This document shows positions 24,981 through 32,000 of a stretch of 32,000 bases of DNA, in pieces; the first letter of the stretch is position 1; the number at the start of each line of letters is the position of its first letter. A model generated the notes under the pieces. The model did no database searches and had not been told where the DNA came from. It saw nothing but the letters and a program-made list of their open reading frames with translations. The stretch is from Ktedonobacterales bacterium (GTDB taxonomy: Bacteria > Chloroflexota > Ktedonobacteria > Ktedonobacterales > JADMIN01): positions 420,001 to 452,000 of the forward strand of contig CP126532.1 of NCBI GenBank assembly GCA_030167145.1. The letters are read 5' to 3'. The position numbers were made by a program, and so were the translations under genes.

Positions 24981-25991
24981 CTACCTGATGACCGGCGCGC
25001 TGTCTGCGCTGCGATTGTGCTCACCGCTCGCCGCACTGGCATTTCGATGGATTGACTGCACACTTGCGAATACACTTGCCAGCGACACTTGGCCGAGCGT
25101 TTCGCCGTCTCGCACGACGGCCAGCGCCCCATTCCGCATCTGAATCAGCCGCAGCAGCGCGGGCAGAAGTCGCTCATCGGCGGCGATGCGCTCCTGGGCG
25201 GCATCCGTGGCGGGTTCGAGGGCCGCCGTCACTGGTTGGTATTCGAACTGCCGCAGGATGTTATCCGCCCCAACGAGCTGGCGCACGAAATCGCTGGCGG
25301 GTTGTGCTAGCAATTCGATGGGTGAACCTTCCTGCACCAGCTTCCCCTCTGACATCACCACAATCTGATCGCCCAGTTTGAACGCCTCTTCGACATCGTG
25401 GGTGACAAAGAGAATCGTCTTCCGTACGCCACGTTGCACGTTCAGCAGTTCATCCTGCAAACGTGCGCGGGTGATGGCGTCGAGCGCGCCGAACGGTTCA
25501 TCCATCAGCAGCACGGCAGGATCAGCGGCGAGCGCGCGAGCCAGGCCAACGCGCTGCTGCTGACCGCCAGAAAGCTGGCGCGGATATCTTTTTCGGTATT
25601 CGGCAGGCTCAAGGCCGACAAGGTGCAGCAGTTCATCCACACGATCGCGGGTCTCTGCCGCCGACTTGCCGAGAATAGATGGCACGACGCGCACGTTGTC
25701 TTCGATGCTGAGATGTGGAAATAACCCGACTTGTTGGATGACATATCCGATGCTGCGCCGCAGCGCAATCGGGTCTTGTTGTGTCGTCGGCACGCCGTCT
25801 ATGCGAATCTCACCTGAGGTCGGGTCAATCAGGCGATTGACCATGCGTAACAATGTCGTCTTGCCGGAGCCAGAAGTGCCAAGGAGCATGCAGATAGCGC
25901 CCTCGTGTACCGTGAAACTGACGTTATCTACGGCAGGAGTTTTGGCGTTTGGGTATTCCTTAGTGACATCTACGAATTCGATGGTCGCCAT
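24981..25991 (-). CDS. ABC transporter ATP-binding protein (ProV/OpuCA-like, C-terminal CBS-like region)
   Basis: Walker A GTSGSGKTT, signature LSGGQQQRVGLARAL, Walker B LLMDEPFGALD, H-loop VTHD. SD GAGAGGAGG. Confidence 0.95.
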   Translation of the reverse strand: MATIEFVDVTKEYPNAKTPAVDNVSFTVHEGAICMLLGTSGSGKTTLLRMVNRLIDPTSGEIRIDGVPTTQQDPIALRRSIGYVIQQVGLFPHLSIEDNVRVVPSILGKSAAETRDRVDELLHLVGLEPAEYRKRYPRQLSGGQQQRVGLARALAADPAVLLMDEPFGALDAITRARLQDELLNVQRGVRKTILFVTHDVEEAFKLGDQIVVMSEGKLVQEGSPIELLAQPASDFVRQLVGADNILRQFEYQPVTAALEPATDAAQERIAADERLLPALLRLIQMRNGALAVVRDGETLGQVSLASVFASVQSIHRNASAASGEHNRSADSAPVIR

Positions 25992-26472
25992 CGCATGGCG
26001 CCTCCTCTCGGCAAGGCACTGCCAGAGCCGTTTTTACGTTCGCTCCAGCAACGCGCACAACATTCCCTGCTCACCATCCCACTTTGCTCATTGCCCGCAG
26101 AAGCCGAACCAGCGAGATGCCCTACTATGACGCGCGACCGCTGTCAGACATTACGTGCGCTCGTCAACAAAAGTCAAGCAAGCGGCACAAAGCACAAAGA
26201 TACCGTGTGTACCCATGCTTGCACCTAATTCTTACGCAACCATAACATTCCGGAAATGCAAGCCCACTATTTTCGATTTCTCCCGTTGCATCATCCGAGG
26301 GTGATCGCTGGCGACCGGCAGGTGAGTTCACCACCAGTGGCCTACGGCATCAGCACAACAAAGGTGAGCATCGTCGCGCGGTGTGCTATGCTAGCTACAA
26401 AGGCTGGGCGCAATCCATCACTATGTGCCAGCGACATCCAGCGAAATCTAGCGAGAGGCGGCAGGGCGGCGC

Positions 26473-26952
26473 ATGGCGCGGCAATCCAACATCCAACCGA
26501 AGCACAGCGAATTTGTGGGACGTTTCCGCCATCTCGGCTTGCGCGTCACACCAGCTCGGCTGCTCGTCATGGAAGCGCTGAGCGCACATGGCGGCCACAT
26601 GACCGCCGAAGAGATCATGCAATGGACCTCCGCTCGCTATCCCGCGATCAATCTCGCCACCATCTACCGCACCTTGGATTTACTTACCTCTATGGGGCTC
26701 GTCACTCAGACAGACCTGGGCAGCGGCGCGTCGTCCTATGAACTGGTCGGCGATACCCTGCATCACCACCTGGTCTGCCAGCAATGCGGCGCCGTTATGG
26801 AAGTGGACGACGCCGCGCTTACGCTGGTGCGCGAGCGACTGCTACGCGACTACGGCTTCCGCGCAGATCCTGGCCACATGGCCATCTTCGGCACCTGCAA
26901 GGGCTGCCTCGATGCCAGCCACCACACCATCGCTTCCGCCACCCAACGCTGA
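26473..26952 (+). CDS. Fur-family metalloregulator (possibly Nur-like, given the downstream NiCoT)
   Basis: LRVTPARLLVMEAL...MTAEEI...INLATIYRTLDLLTSMGLV winged helix. HHHLVCQQCG and GTCKGC CxxC pairs (structural Zn site). Confidence 0.9.
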   Translation: MARQSNIQPKHSEFVGRFRHLGLRVTPARLLVMEALSAHGGHMTAEEIMQWTSARYPAINLATIYRTLDLLTSMGLVTQTDLGSGASSYELVGDTLHHHLVCQQCGAVMEVDDAALTLVRERLLRDYGFRADPGHMAIFGTCKGCLDASHHTIASATQR

Positions 26953-27057
26953 CCGCGACCCACCACGCATCCAAATCGCCTGGCGCTGTGTATTCCACTT
27001 TGGCGTATCTGGCAGAGAACACCTATGCGAGTTCTCGCCATCAACCACCACTTCTGT

Positions 27058-27071
27058 TGCTAATTTTAGCA
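27058..27071. promoter_or_regulatory. AT-rich perfect palindrome, candidate Fur-family operator upstream of the NiCoT gene
   Basis: TGCTAA-TT-TTAGCA (14 bp, perfect). 12 nt upstream of a possible promoter TTGCAA (27083) - 18 nt - TATGGT (27107), and 107 nt upstream of the NiCoT GTG. Confidence 0.4.
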
Positions 27072-27177
27072 GATGCGAATAGTTGCAAAAGCGTACCGCA
27101 AGCTGGTATGGTCTCGTGGGGTTCTGTAGCGCGACCATGTTCAGAGTATCCAGGTTCAGTTGCAGGAGAGGCGTATC

Positions 27178-28272
27178 GTGATCGCAAACATCTCACGAGT
27201 GTTCAACGACACCACACCCGGCCTCCGGCCCAAGGTCATCGGCATCTACACCTTGCTCATTTCTGCCAACATCATCATCTGGGTGCTAACCTTCATCGCG
27301 TCGGTTCAGTTTCCCGCCCTGCTCCCCCTCGCGATCACAGCCTATGGCTTCGGCCTGCGCCATGCGGTGGACGCCGACCATATCTCAGCCATTGATAATG
27401 TCACGCGCAAACTGATGCAGGAAAAGAAAAAGCCAGTCGGCGTCGGCTTCTTCTTCTCGCTTGGGCACTCGACGGTCGTCTTTGTCCTGGCCGCAGCCGT
27501 TGCCGCTGGCTCAGCCTTCATCGCCACCGGCCTGAACAACGACAACTCACAGCTCAAGCAGATCGGCGGCCTGATCGGCACCAGTGTTTCTGCGCTCTTC
27601 CTCTTCCTCATCGCCATTATGAATATCGTCATCCTGGTGGAAATCGTGCGCGCCTTCCGCAGAGTTACACGCGGCGGGGTATACGACGAGGCCGAGATTG
27701 ACGCCTACCTCAACCAGCGCGGCTTCTTCGCGCGCATCTTCCGTGGACTCTTCAAGACGATTGACAAAAGCTGGAAGATGTATCCAGTTGGCTTCCTCTT
27801 CGGGCTGGGGTTCGACACCGCCACCGAGGTCGGTCTGCTAGCGATCTCTGGGGCATTCGCCGCGCAGCACGTGCCCTTCTATGTCATCATGCTGCTCCCG
27901 CTGCTTTTTACGGCGGGCATGAGTTTGGCCGATACCACCGACGGTGTGATGATGCTTGGCGCATACGGCTGGGCATTCGTCAAACCGATCCGCAAGCTCT
28001 TCTATAATATGAGCATCACGCTCATCTCCGTGCTGGTCGCGCTGCTCGTCGGCACAATAGAGGTGCTGCAAATCCTGAGTGAGAAACTCAACCTCTCCGG
28101 CGGCATCTGGAATTTCGTCAACAACCTCGACTTCGGTATCGTTGGTTTCGGTATCATCGGCATCCTGGTGGCATCGTGGGGCATCTCCACGTTAATCTAC
28201 CGGCTGAACAAGTATGATGAGATGGAGCCGAAGCAACCGACTCGCCCAGCCGAGGCCGCCAGTGTGCGCTAG
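27178..28272 (+). CDS. HoxN/HupN/NixA-family nickel/cobalt permease (NiCoT)
   Basis: Signature RHAVDADHISAIDN, FFFSLGHSTVV, LGFDTATEV. GTG 27178 has SD AGGAGAGG 8 nt upstream and is preferred over the track's TTG at 27160. Confidence 0.95.
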   Translation: MIANISRVFNDTTPGLRPKVIGIYTLLISANIIIWVLTFIASVQFPALLPLAITAYGFGLRHAVDADHISAIDNVTRKLMQEKKKPVGVGFFFSLGHSTVVFVLAAAVAAGSAFIATGLNNDNSQLKQIGGLIGTSVSALFLFLIAIMNIVILVEIVRAFRRVTRGGVYDEAEIDAYLNQRGFFARIFRGLFKTIDKSWKMYPVGFLFGLGFDTATEVGLLAISGAFAAQHVPFYVIMLLPLLFTAGMSLADTTDGVMMLGAYGWAFVKPIRKLFYNMSITLISVLVALLVGTIEVLQILSEKLNLSGGIWNFVNNLDFGIVGFGIIGILVASWGISTLIYRLNKYDEMEPKQPTRPAEAASVR

Positions 28273-28302
28273 CATAACGGTCGGAAACCAATAGCGTGAA
28301 AT

Positions 28303-28340
28303 CGCCGCTCCCGCGCATGTAGGGGCGGCGTTCGCGTTTC
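28303..28340 (+). terminator. Candidate intrinsic terminator after the NiCoT gene
   Basis: CGCCGCTCC - 10-nt loop - GGGGCGGCG (9 bp including one G-U pair), followed by TTCGCGTTTC. Confidence 0.45.
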
Positions 28341-28452
28341 ATCTATAACCCACAAGCTACACGGCGCTTGCCAGAAGCGCACGCCTCTGCTAGCATAGGC
28401 ATCAAGCGGTCTTCGCCGCCCATTGTGCTGCTGGGAGAGAGGGCTGGGAACG

Positions 28453-29160
28453 ATGGCCACCGCGACGCGCGTAGCCTACCACACGACGGTGCGCGAGATG
28501 CCAAGCGATGAACGCCCGCGCGAACGGCTGGAACGCTACGGCGCGTCCACGCTGGCCAACGCGGAATTACTGGCAATTATCCTTCGTGTGGGCACCACGC
28601 AAGAGAACGTGATCGAGCTTGCATCCCGTCTTTTGCGGCAGTACGGCGGCCTGGGCGGGCTGCTGGCGGCGGAACTCCCCGAATTGTGCGGCGAGCATGG
28701 CGTGGGACTAGCGAAAGCAACACAGCTCAAAGCGGCTCTGGAACTCGGACGGCGGCTGAGCGTGCTCGTGCCGGAGGAGCGGCCCAAGATTACGCGGCCC
28801 GACGACGCCGTGAATCTGGTGCAGATCGAGATGGGCTATCTGAAGCAGGAACAACTACGCGTGATCTGCCTGGACACTAAGAACTTCGTCGTAGCGCAGC
28901 AGGTCGTCTATCAGGGCACAGTGAATAGCAGCGTCGTGCGCGTTGCCGAAGTCTATAAGCCCGCCATCACCCGCACCTGCCCAGCCATCGTCGTCATTCA
29001 CAATCATCCATCCGGCGACCCCACACCTTCGCCAGAAGACATACGCACCACCGAACAGCTTCGCAAGGCCGGCGAACTACTCGACATCGAACTGCTGGAT
29101 CATATCATCGTTGGTCAGCATCGCTGGGTCAGCCTGAAGGAGCGCGGGCTAGGATTTTGA
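28453..29160 (+). CDS. radC: RadC-family JAB/MPN domain protein
   Basis: ERPRERLERYGASTLANAELLAIILRVG (HhH region) and the JAMM motif HNHPSGDPTPSPED. ATG 28453 preferred over the track start at 28423. Confidence 0.9.
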   Translation: MATATRVAYHTTVREMPSDERPRERLERYGASTLANAELLAIILRVGTTQENVIELASRLLRQYGGLGGLLAAELPELCGEHGVGLAKATQLKAALELGRRLSVLVPEERPKITRPDDAVNLVQIEMGYLKQEQLRVICLDTKNFVVAQQVVYQGTVNSSVVRVAEVYKPAITRTCPAIVVIHNHPSGDPTPSPEDIRTTEQLRKAGELLDIELLDHIIVGQHRWVSLKERGLGF

Positions 29161-29217
29161 AGTCCGCTAGATGTCGTGGCAACAAGTTTCCGCGCACGCA
29201 TTCCTGCCAGCGCAAAA

Positions 29218-29246
29218 TTGACACGGTGGGGCCAGCTTTGTATGAT
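29218..29246 (+). promoter_or_regulatory. Near-consensus sigma70-type promoter for the gene at 29341
   Basis: TTGACA - 17 nt - TATGAT. Would give a roughly 88-nt leader; SD TAGGAG 7 nt before the ATG. Confidence 0.45.
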
Positions 29247-29340
29247 GCGTGAGAGGTACCTGCGATCCACCGCTGCCCTTCCTTGCCGTGAACAGAGAGC
29301 AGGCAGCCAGCAGGCAACCGCCGCCTGATAGGAGCCGCCC

Positions 29341-30084
29341 ATGGTTACGTTCGAAGATGTCACCGACATGTTTCTCGAAGCGGCGGAGGCCACCGGCCTT
29401 TCGATTCACCCCGAAATCTGGATGAACAGCCAGACCCTCGAACGCGAATTTGCCTGTACACTGCACCCTGGCCCCTGTGAAGAAGCCGACCACCACGCCA
29501 CCTGCACCGTCGCCGTCGCCTGGGGACCGCTCGATACTGTCCTCTCGATGGAAGGCGCGGCGGGCATCTGCGAGTTCTTTCACGAGCCTGATGAGTCATG
29601 CCCGCACCTGCACACCGAAGACGTGCCGCCGCTCGCGCTCGACCTCACCTACGCGCTGCCACTCACCGATGTGCGCTACCAGCTTGCCGACTTGCAGACG
29701 CTCGCCCGCACGCTCAAGCTGCGTGCCTCCGAACACAGCAGCCGCGCCGTTGAGACACGCCCCAGCATCGCCCTCTCATTTGGCGAGAGCGGTCTTGAAC
29801 TGGATGGGTTGACCCTTCAACAGCGCGTGGAACTGCCGCTCTGGGATCCCGAAGGCGTCAGCGGCTTCCGGCCCAGTGGCGAACGGCGCTCCGGCCACCT
29901 ATCGCTTGGCCGTCTCCACCGCCACGATGACGAAGAGGACGAGGGCGACGAGCCACACCCCGAAGACTGGCTGCCACACCTGCTCACCGAGACCCTCGCC
30001 GACATCGTGCGCGTCATTGACGCGCTAGAATCTGTCGCGGCAGGTCGCTTCAGCAGTTCGCCGGAACCGAACCTCGATAACTAA
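29341..30084 (+). CDS. Hypothetical acidic protein with Cys/His clusters
   Basis: 247-aa ORF with FACTLHPGPCEEADHHATC and GICEFFHEPDESCPHLH, plus the acidic stretch HRHDDEEDEGDEPHPEDW. No family recognised. Confidence 0.6.
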   Translation: MVTFEDVTDMFLEAAEATGLSIHPEIWMNSQTLEREFACTLHPGPCEEADHHATCTVAVAWGPLDTVLSMEGAAGICEFFHEPDESCPHLHTEDVPPLALDLTYALPLTDVRYQLADLQTLARTLKLRASEHSSRAVETRPSIALSFGESGLELDGLTLQQRVELPLWDPEGVSGFRPSGERRSGHLSLGRLHRHDDEEDEGDEPHPEDWLPHLLTETLADIVRVIDALESVAAGRFSSSPEPNLDN

Positions 30085-30134
30085 AGCGCGCGTTATGCTA
30101 ACTATAAATCACGCTAAATATTTCTCGCGGTTCC

Positions 30135-30143
30135 TGCTATAAT
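30135..30143 (+). promoter_or_regulatory. Extended -10 promoter element upstream of ppdK
   Basis: TGCTATAAT in a locally AT-rich patch. Poor -35 (TAAATA). Implies a roughly 155-nt leader. Confidence 0.35.
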
Positions 30144-30304
30144 GGTTGGCGATTGACGGCGACGACGGAGCCGTGCGCCAGTCGCCGGGGAGCGCACGAG
30201 GATGTGCGCAACAGTGGGGGAGCGCGCATGCGGCAGCGCATTTGACGCCGTATGCTCACCGCTTCATGAACAGCGAGTGACATCACTCGAGGAGGAACGA
30301 ATTC

Positions 30305-32000
30305 GTGGCACAAACCAAAGCCATGACCCTGGACGAAGCGGTCAAGAAGTCGCCGCGCAAGTGGGTCTACCTTTTCTCTGAAGGCAACGCTAAGATGCGC
30401 GACCTGCTCGGCGGCAAAGGCGCGGGCGTCGCCGAGATGACCAACGCGGAGCTACCCGTCCCGCCCGGCTTCACCATCACCACCGAAGCCTGCAACGCCT
30501 ATTACGACAGCGGCAAACAGTTCCCCACTGGCATGTGGGATCAGGCGCTCGCCGCGCTCCGTGTCGTCGAAGAGCAGACGGGCAAGAAGCTCGGCGATCC
30601 AGCCAATCCGCTCCTCGTATCGGTTCGCTCCGGCGCGAAATTCTCCATGCCCGGCATGATGGATACCGTCCTTAACCTGGGCCTCAACGACGAGACAGTT
30701 AAGGGTATCATCGCCGGCAGCGGCGACGAGCGCTTTGCCTACGACGCCTATCGTCGTTTCGTGCAGATGTTCTCCAAGATCGTGCTCGACGCGAAGGCCG
30801 AGGCGTTCGAGAAGGTCATCGAGGAGTACAAGGAAAAGACCGGCGCGAAGACCGATGCTGACATCCCTGCCGACGCCCTGAAGCAGATGGTCGAGGACTT
30901 CAAACAAATCGCCCGCGCATCCTCTGGCAAGCCTTTCCCCGAAGACCCCTACGATCAGTTGCGCCACGCTATCGAGGCCGTCTTCGCTTCGTGGAACAAC
31001 AAGCGTGCGATTGACTACCGCAACTTCAACAAGATTCCGCACGACCTCGGCACTGCCGTCAACGTCCAGACAATGGTCTTTGGCAACATGGGCAATGGCA
31101 GCGCCACTGGCGTCGCCTTCACCCGCAACCCATCCACCGGCGAGAAGCGCCTCTACGGAGACTATCTCGTGAACGCCCAGGGCGAAGACGTGGTGGCAGG
31201 CATTCGTAACACCTCTCCGATTGAGAAGCTCTCCGATGAGATGCCCGGCGTCGCCGAACAGTTCCAGCAGATCGCCCAGCGCCTTGAGAAGCATTACCGC
31301 GACGTGCAGGATCTCGAATTCACCGTCGAGAAAGGCCGTCTCTACATGCTTCAGACGCGGTCCGCCAAGCGCACCGCCGCCGCCGCCGTCAAGACCGCCG
31401 TAGACATGGTGCGCGAGAAGCTCATCACCGAGCAAGAGGCCGTCCAGCGCGTCGAGCCGGGGCAGGTGGTGCAGTTGCTGCTGCCGCGCTTCGACGACAA
31501 CGACATCAAGCGCGCCAAGGGCGCAGGACTGGAACTGGCAAAAGGCGTCAATGCCTCGCCAGGCGCCGCCGTCGGCAAAGTGATCTTCGACGCCGACCGC
31601 GCCGAGGCCGCTGGCAAAGTTGGTGAGCGTGTGATCCTCGTCCGCCAGGAGACCAGCCCCGACGACGTACATGGCATGCTTGCCGCGAAGGGCATCCTGA
31701 CGAGCCGTGGCGGCACGGGCAGCCATGCGGCGGTCGTCGCGCGTGGTCTGGGGCTGCCCGCCGTCGTCGGCTGCGAGGGCATCCGCGTAGACTACGAGCA
31801 GCGCACCTTCGAGGTTCGCGCCTCCGGCGAGATCATCCATGAGGGCGACGAAGTCTCGATTGACGGCACCACCGGCACCATCTACAATGGCGCGATCAAG
31901 ACCGTCGAGCCGAACTTCGAGGAAGAGCACGACCTGCGGACGTTGCTCGGCTGGGCCGACACCTTCCGCAAGCTGGGCGTCTGGGCGAATGCCGACTACC
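30305..32000 (+). CDS. ppdK: Pyruvate, phosphate dikinase, N-terminal ~565 codons (gene runs off right edge)
   Basis: My own translation: GTG 30305 (SD GGAGGA 8 nt upstream) VAQTKAMTLDEAVKKSPRKWVYLFSEGNAKMRDLLGGKGAGVAEMTNAELPVPPGFTITTEACNAYY...LVSVRSGAKFSMPGMMDTVLNLGLND...phospho-His loop GGTGSHAAVVARGLGLP. Frame open to position 32000. Absent from the ORF track because it has no stop in the window. Confidence 0.95.
   Translation, partial: MAQTKAMTLDEAVKKSPRKWVYLFSEGNAKMRDLLGGKGAGVAEMTNAELPVPPGFTITTEACNAYYDSGKQFPTGMWDQALAALRVVEEQTGKKLGDPANPLLVSVRSGAKFSMPGMMDTVLNLGLNDETVKGIIAGSGDERFAYDAYRRFVQMFSKIVLDAKAEAFEKVIEEYKEKTGAKTDADIPADALKQMVEDFKQIARASSGKPFPEDPYDQLRHAIEAVFASWNNKRAIDYRNFNKIPHDLGTAVNVQTMVFGNMGNGSATGVAFTRNPSTGEKRLYGDYLVNAQGEDVVAGIRNTSPIEKLSDEMPGVAEQFQQIAQRLEKHYRDVQDLEFTVEKGRLYMLQTRSAKRTAAAAVKTAVDMVREKLITEQEAVQRVEPGQVVQLLLPRFDDNDIKRAKGAGLELAKGVNASPGAAVGKVIFDADRAEAAGKVGERVILVRQETSPDDVHGMLAAKGILTSRGGTGSHAAVVARGLGLPAVVGCEGIRVDYEQRTFEVRASGEIIHEGDEVSIDGTTGTIYNGAIKTVEPNFEEEHDLRTLLGWADTFRKLGVWANADY

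Noticed and set aside
25992-26472. Unusually long (481 bp) divergent intergenic region between the ABC transporter operon and the fur-family gene, examined for a riboswitch, sRNA or tRNA
   Set aside because: I could not recognise any conserved riboswitch core, tRNA cloverleaf or strong hairpin/terminator by eye. There are only short weak dyads, such as GAAAT...ATTTC. Left unannotated; an Rfam/Infernal scan would be the decisive check.
27015-27036. Inverted repeat GAGAAC-N10-GTTCTC about 60 nt after the fur-family stop, considered as a terminator
   Set aside because: The stem is only 6 bp and no U tract follows. It is not convincing as an intrinsic terminator. It could still be a protein-binding dyad, but there is no supporting context.
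26256-27395. ORFs 26256..26741 (161 aa) and 26784..27395 (203 aa) on the + strand
   Set aside because: They overlap the Fur-family gene and the NiCoT gene out of frame. Arg/His/Pro-rich with no motifs.
30452-31930. 492-aa ORF on the - strand, the longest track ORF in this region
   Set aside because: It lies exactly antisense to an unmistakable ppdK reading frame. Its composition is G/A/L/V/D-rich with no catalytic or structural motifs, and there is no SD context. It is a typical GC-rich shadow ORF.

Overview
GC-rich bacterial chromosomal segment of about 29 protein-coding genes. By eye I found no rRNA, tRNA, CRISPR array, transposase or integrase. The protein content (zinc-ribbon P/Q-rich proteins, a GlmL-like ATPase) loosely suggests Chloroflexota, but that is a guess.

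Gene order, left to right:
- N-terminal fragment of a MATE efflux gene (- strand, runs off the left edge)
- OmpR-type response regulator and HAMP histidine kinase operon (-)
- two orphan hypothetical genes, convergent
- GsiB/YciG-like KGG-repeat stress protein (+)
- plsX preceded by a stand-alone CheY-like receiver (-)
- LysR regulator divergent from a VOC-methyltransferase fusion and a second methyltransferase
- compact three-gene - strand operon: zinc-ribbon P/Q-rich multi-motif protein, orphan GlmL-like actin-fold ATPase, 300-aa beta-rich protein. This is my best candidate for an undescribed system.
- second KGG stress protein
- HxxEH-motif hypothetical
- HD-GYP phosphodiesterase
- MoxR, DUF58 and DUF4129-membrane module
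- prfB with the classical +1 programmed frameshift, which the ORF track splits
- four-gene osmoprotectant-type ABC transporter
- Fur-family regulator followed by a NiCoT nickel/cobalt permease
- radC, then an acidic Cys/His hypothetical
- 5' part of ppdK, running off the right edge

The ORF track omits ppdK and instead shows a 492-aa antisense shadow ORF. Many other long ORFs in the track are antisense or off-frame shadows typical of GC-rich DNA. All functional calls rest on motif recognition by eye; no searches were run.
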